Positions 53,381-57,482 of a stretch of 57,482 nucleotides of DNA are shown here, piece by piece; within the stretch, counting starts at the first letter, position 1; each line of letters starts with the position of its first letter. Source of the stretch: a virus (taxonomy: Duplodnaviria; Caudoviricetes); IMG/VR virus record IMGVR_UViG_3300032212_000008, positions 1 through 57,482 of that record. One strand, written 5' to 3'. Under the pieces are notes generated by a model, which saw only the letters and a list, made by a program, of their open reading frames with translations, was not told where the DNA came from and ran no database searches. The position numbers were made by a program, and so were the translations under genes.

Positions 53381-55764
53381 CAGGCAGCTTCCTTGTAGCT
53401 AGGAGGGGACCAGACTTCGAGCTGGCCCTTCTCGTTGTAGATCGGATCGAACAGCTTGGAGTAGGCCATGCAGAGGCCCGGCTCGGCTTTGATTTTCACG
53501 TCAGGAGCGACGAGGGACATGGACTCCTCCAACACCTGGCGCACGCGAGCTGCTTGCTTGCGCGCAGCGGGCACGTCGTAAGGGACTTCGACGAGGACTT
53601 GGTCGTGGACAGGAGCCACGATGCCGCAGCCGTACAAAGGAGAGTCCATGCTCGGGTCGATCATCTCGCGCCAGAGGTTGAACTGGGCGATGCCGAACCC
53701 CTCGGCTGCGGGGCTCTGCATGAACTTGCCATTCGCCAGGGCACAGAACCTGGCCCCTCGGCGCGTGATCCCGAATGGCGTGGTGTAGGTGTAGCCTTCC
53801 ACAGCTCTGCGCTCGTCGTCGTCGAAGGCATCGTCGGTCATGCCGATCACCTCGTTCATCGGGTCGGTCTGCTCGCCACACCACGCCTTGGCGTAGACCA
53901 TCTCGGGGTATGTGGAGAACCACTCTTCGCGGAAGAGCGCCGCGTCTTCCTCGGACATGGCGATGCCGTACGTTGCAGCAGCGAATGAGACCATGGTGCC
54001 CGGGCCTAGCATGCCAGGGAAGCCCAGGCCGACCGGCTTGGCGAATGTGCGCCAGTGCTTGTAGAGGGCCTTCAGCTCGTCCGAGCCCTCAGCAGGCAGT
54101 GACTTGAAGAGCTGGTAGATTTCGTCTTCGTGCGACGCTCCGATCTGTCGGATGATCCCACCGAACTCGTCGCTCTTACGCGCGGCGAGCTTCGACCCGA
54201 GGTAGGCGTGCAGGTCGTAGCCCTTGTTGATCTTCTCGCGGTGAACGCAACGGACTTCGGAACCGAACAGGTCCCACGTCTGCTGAGCGACCATGCACAG
54301 CTCAAGCGCTGAGTAGTCGGCGTCAATGAACAGACGCCCTTCGCGAGGGACGTGGACCCTGCGGGGCTCCACGGGCTCGATCAGCCACTCACCGTCAGGG
54401 CCTCTCTCGCCGCCCAGGAACCCCGCTGCTTGCTGAATGTTGCGGCTGGGGACGATGTCCGACTTGTAGCTCGATGAGCGCGTGGTCTCTTTGAAGCTGT
54501 CGAACTGGGGGTGGACGACGGGGTGCCCGTCGACCAGCGCGATCTCTTCCTTGGCCTTCTTGACCGACTGCCGGCGCTGATACTCGCCGCACACGTCAGG
54601 GTCGAGAGCCGCAAGGATGGGCATAACCTCTTTGTCGATGCTGGTGTACTTAGCGAGCGTCGTGATGTCGCACGGGTCCGCTTCTTGACCCTCGGCAGGC
54701 GGGTCGTTGAGCAGCGGCCAGTCCTCGACCTCGTCAGGCATGAACGCGTGCTGCTTGAATGCCTTTTTTCCTGTCTTGGTGAGACGAATGCGTCGGTTGT
54801 TCTCGATGAGAACGGACAGGCAGTGCGCCTTGAACTTTGTCTCTGCGACCTTCTCCTTCGTGGGTGCGCTAATCTTGACAGGACAGTCGCACCCCTTCCT
54901 GTCGCAGCCCTCGACGTGGTCCTTATGCCCTCCGGCGTGGGGCTTCCCCTCCTGGGCAGGCAGCAAGAACCCTCCTTCTACAAGGTTCGGGAGGGTGTCG
55001 ATGTGCGCGATCTCCTCGACGCGCTCTTTCAGGTGGTCGACATAGTCCTGGTCGACAGCGATCCCGTAGCAACTCGTGAGGTGGTAGCCGAAGTCGATGG
55101 CGGCGCGCATCCGCGCCCCGTGCAGCGTGGCGTGTGACGATGCAGCGCGCTCGATCTGAGCCTCGTACACCTGCAGTGCATCGACAGAGTCCGCGATAGC
55201 GTAGTCGGCGGCTTCCTTCGGGTAGTCCTTGGCGCTGACTCCGTAAAGCAGGTTGTAGTTGAGACGCCAAGCGTCTTCCTCTGTCTTCTGCGCCTTGCGC
55301 GACCGCCCGAGGTACTTGGTGGCCAGCGAGTCCAGGTGGTACTTGAGGCGTTCCGTTCCCTCGCCGTTGGGCAAGTAGATTTGGTCGAGCCTGCCGTGGT
55401 CGCTGAGGTTGAGCACCTTCTCGGCCATCTTCGAGCAGTAAACCCGCATGTCGGCGTAGGCGTCGAAGACCTTGGTGACCAAGTGCGGCCACTTGTTGAT
55501 CGCTACGGCCATGTCGTAGGCCGCGTTGTGCGCGATGATGAGGACATCGTCGGCGTCGAGCACGGAGGTCAGGGTCTCCTCCGCGTCGGCCATCTCCTCC
55601 TTTGTGTCTCCCATCAGGTACTCCTCAATGCGGCCGTTGGCGTCGTGCCAGGCTGCAGAGAAGCAGATCATGGGGGGACACACGCCGAACTTGGACCCAA
55701 TGAGGTCCGTTTCGGAGTCCCAGGCGAACAGGTGTTCGAGCTGCGGTTCGATAAGTTGCGGCAT
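53380..55764 (-). CDS. polA: family A DNA polymerase with 3'-5' exonuclease
   Basis: Exo motifs WDSET, AHNAAYD, YAIAD; polymerase motifs A DADYSALE, B RTFAKPVGLG, C PVHDQ. Confidence 0.95.
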   Translation of the reverse strand: MPQLIEPQLEHLFAWDSETDLIGSKFGVCPPMICFSAAWHDANGRIEEYLMGDTKEEMADAEETLTSVLDADDVLIIAHNAAYDMAVAINKWPHLVTKVFDAYADMRVYCSKMAEKVLNLSDHGRLDQIYLPNGEGTERLKYHLDSLATKYLGRSRKAQKTEEDAWRLNYNLLYGVSAKDYPKEAADYAIADSVDALQVYEAQIERAASSHATLHGARMRAAIDFGYHLTSCYGIAVDQDYVDHLKERVEEIAHIDTLPNLVEGGFLLPAQEGKPHAGGHKDHVEGCDRKGCDCPVKISAPTKEKVAETKFKAHCLSVLIENNRRIRLTKTGKKAFKQHAFMPDEVEDWPLLNDPPAEGQEADPCDITTLAKYTSIDKEVMPILAALDPDVCGEYQRRQSVKKAKEEIALVDGHPVVHPQFDSFKETTRSSSYKSDIVPSRNIQQAAGFLGGERGPDGEWLIEPVEPRRVHVPREGRLFIDADYSALELCMVAQQTWDLFGSEVRCVHREKINKGYDLHAYLGSKLAARKSDEFGGIIRQIGASHEDEIYQLFKSLPAEGSDELKALYKHWRTFAKPVGLGFPGMLGPGTMVSFAAATYGIAMSEEDAALFREEWFSTYPEMVYAKAWCGEQTDPMNEVIGMTDDAFDDDERRAVEGYTYTTPFGITRRGARFCALANGKFMQSPAAEGFGIAQFNLWREMIDPSMDSPLYGCGIVAPVHDQVLVEVPYDVPAARKQAARVRQVLEESMSLVAPDVKIKAEPGLCMAYSKLFDPIYNEKGQLEVWSPPSYKEAA

Positions 55765-55780
55765 GTGTCCCCCTCCAGGA

Positions 55781-56446
55781 TCAGGCGTCGTCTTCGTCGG
55801 ATTCGAACAGGTGACTCACAGCGGCGTACTCCTCTTCGGAGATCAGCCCTTGCAAGTCATCAGGCGAGCCAACCGAGTTCCAGAAGTAAGGCGTGGTGTA
55901 GCCCTTGACCTTCTTGAAGTCGATCATGCCGTGCGACGGCGACTCAGGATCGTCAATGCGAGGCAAGTCCTCCCCGTCGTACTCGGCTTTGCGGAAGCGG
56001 TGCTCCATGGTCATCACGACCACGCGCCCCGAGAGAGACTGCTCTTCGCCGATGACCGCCATGACGTCGTCTTCACCGACGTCGTCGGCGTCGAAGTCTT
56101 CGTCGTCGTCAAACGCGGCAGCAAGGAGGGTGCAGAGCTTGTCCTCCCAACCCTCCGAGCGCTCCCAGTATTTGACGGCGACCTTGTCTCCTGCCTTGTT
56201 GGGGCGATCTGCTTGGAATTCGGGGTGGACGTCTTCGGGGGTAGCCCACGGCTCGATACAACCAAGGACGATCATGTCGACCTTGATGAAAGCACCGTTG
56301 CGGGTCTTCGGGACGTGCTCGGCACCGTCGAGCATGACGACGTACTTACCGGGGCGCATCTTCGCATCTTGCTTGCGGGCTGAGCCCTTGAAGCCGCTGA
56401 ATGCTGTGGGAACGGACTCTTTCTTGGTGGAGGCTTTCTTAGCCAT
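55781..56446 (-). CDS. putative single-stranded DNA-binding protein
   Basis: Between helicase and polymerase; beta-rich with an acidic C-terminal tail (FESDEDDA). Confidence 0.5.
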   Translation of the reverse strand: MAKKASTKKESVPTAFSGFKGSARKQDAKMRPGKYVVMLDGAEHVPKTRNGAFIKVDMIVLGCIEPWATPEDVHPEFQADRPNKAGDKVAVKYWERSEGWEDKLCTLLAAAFDDDEDFDADDVGEDDVMAVIGEEQSLSGRVVVMTMEHRFRKAEYDGEDLPRIDDPESPSHGMIDFKKVKGYTTPYFWNSVGSPDDLQGLISEEEYAAVSHLFESDEDDA

Positions 56447-56491
56447 GGTAGTTGGCGCTGCTCGAAGCAGTCTTTAGGTGTCGGTTGTTGG

Positions 56492-57355
56492 TTAGTTCGA
56501 GCGGAACTTTTCCCCGAAGCGATCGAGGTAAGCCCGCTCTTCCGCCGCGTCTAGGTTTCGCACACGCAAGCCACGAGTGGCGAGGTACTGCGGGGGATAG
56601 GCGCGAGGTTCGGTGAGCCAGCGTCCGTCGATGACCTTCTGTCGGTCACCCATGACGCGGGCTTGGTACACGGCTTCTACAAGCGTGGCTGCAAATTGTA
56701 GATCATCCCAGTCGCCGTGCATGCAAAGGTTCTGCGTGATTTCATCTCGTTCCTGGCCGTTGCGGTGCAGTCGTCCGAGCGTTTGATTGAGCAGCGTTGC
56801 CTTACGAGGCACTTGCACGAAGAGGGCGTTGTGGTGGAACTGCAGGTTGCGTCCCGTTCCGTGGGCCTTCGTACTGGCAACCACGATCTTGTTGACGTTG
56901 CGTTCGTCTCGAATGGCGTCGGCTGCAGCTTTACCGCCGGGGCAGAACAGCACGTCGAGGCCCTGCTCCAGGCAGACAGAGGACAGCCAGCTCCCCACCG
57001 CCTGGTGAGAGTACCACAGGATGCCCCCCTCGCCTTTCGCGGCCCACGACTCAGCGATCGAAGCAGCGTACGTCATCTTGTAGTCGCAGATCAGCTCGGC
57101 GCGTCGTTGGCGTTCGACCAGAGGGCCTTCGGCCTCCAGTGCTTTGAACGCGGACCATGCCTCGAAGAGTTCCAGGTCTTTGACCTTCTCGTTGCCGAAG
57201 CGAGAGAAGCTCAGACCGATCCACTTGGGCGTGTCTAGCTTGGGCCGACGCTTTGTCTGCAGGAACGCTCGAAGCAAGCGGTTGTATTCTTGCTTCAGCT
57301 CGTGGTGCCGCTTCGAGCGCTCCAGGTCGTCAGGGTTGGCGTCGACAGGCCAGTC
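56492..57355 (-). CDS. SNF2/SF2 helicase, C-terminal part (continuation of 1134..1)
   Basis: HGTGRNLQ (motif V) and QTLGRLHRNGQ (motif VI); frame continuous across the circular join. Confidence 0.9.
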   Translation of the reverse strand, partial: DWPVDANPDDLERSKRHHELKQEYNRLLRAFLQTKRRPKLDTPKWIGLSFSRFGNEKVKDLELFEAWSAFKALEAEGPLVERQRRAELICDYKMTYAASIAESWAAKGEGGILWYSHQAVGSWLSSVCLEQGLDVLFCPGGKAAADAIRDERNVNKIVVASTKAHGTGRNLQFHHNALFVQVPRKATLLNQTLGRLHRNGQERDEITQNLCMHGDWDDLQFAATLVEAVYQARVMGDRQKVIDGRWLTEPRAYPPQYLATRGLRVRNLDAAEERAYLDRFGEKFRSN

Positions 57356-57482
57356 GTGGGCGTAGTAGAAGCCCGCTGACAGCTCGAACAGGTACTTCCA
57401 CTTGTGTAGGGCGTAGCTGATCTCGTCACCGTCAGGCGTGATCCACAGCTCGTCTACACCACGTCGGAGTTCTTCGAGTCGC

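Noticed and set aside
53380-55764. Z-genome or other modified-base system
   Set aside because: No PurZ, dATPase or base-modification genes recognised.
57356-57482. Terminal repeat as a biological direct terminal repeat
   Set aside because: It is exactly 127 bp and lies mid-helicase, so it is best explained as assembler overlap.

Overview
The window is a complete, circularly permuted, high-GC dsDNA tailed-phage genome of about 57,355 bp. Bases 1-127 repeat exactly at 57356-57482, and an SNF2-type helicase reads through that junction. The gene set is siphovirus-like and apparently lytic: I found no integrase, repressor or tRNA. Modules: (1) replication on the minus strand, wrapping the origin (RuvC-like resolvase, family A DNA polymerase, SSB-like protein, SNF2 helicase, Cas4/RecB-like nuclease, primase-helicase); (2) a 5.7-9.8 kb cluster with two predicted polysaccharide-active enzymes, a Tat-signal microprotein and membrane peptides; (3) many small early/accessory ORFs at 9.8-19.3 kb joined by short direct repeats; (4) a divergent, repeat- and palindrome-rich non-coding region at 19.3-20.2 kb; (5) a plus-strand block with a TerS candidate, holin/spanin-like genes, no recognisable endolysin, and TerL carrying a 400-aa LAGLIDADG intein; (6) a minus-strand head-tail block with a -1 frameshift chaperone, a 1707-aa tape measure and an SGNH esterase fibre; (7) a portal transcribed divergently from the prohead protease. 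The best unannotated signal is a hammerhead ribozyme with a perfect catalytic core (minus strand, about 17689-17756) inside the early operon. Next are the candidate non-canonical envelope-degradation/lysis system and the Tat-exported peptide carrying a tail-tube-like motif. All family calls come from motif recognition by eye; no searches were run.
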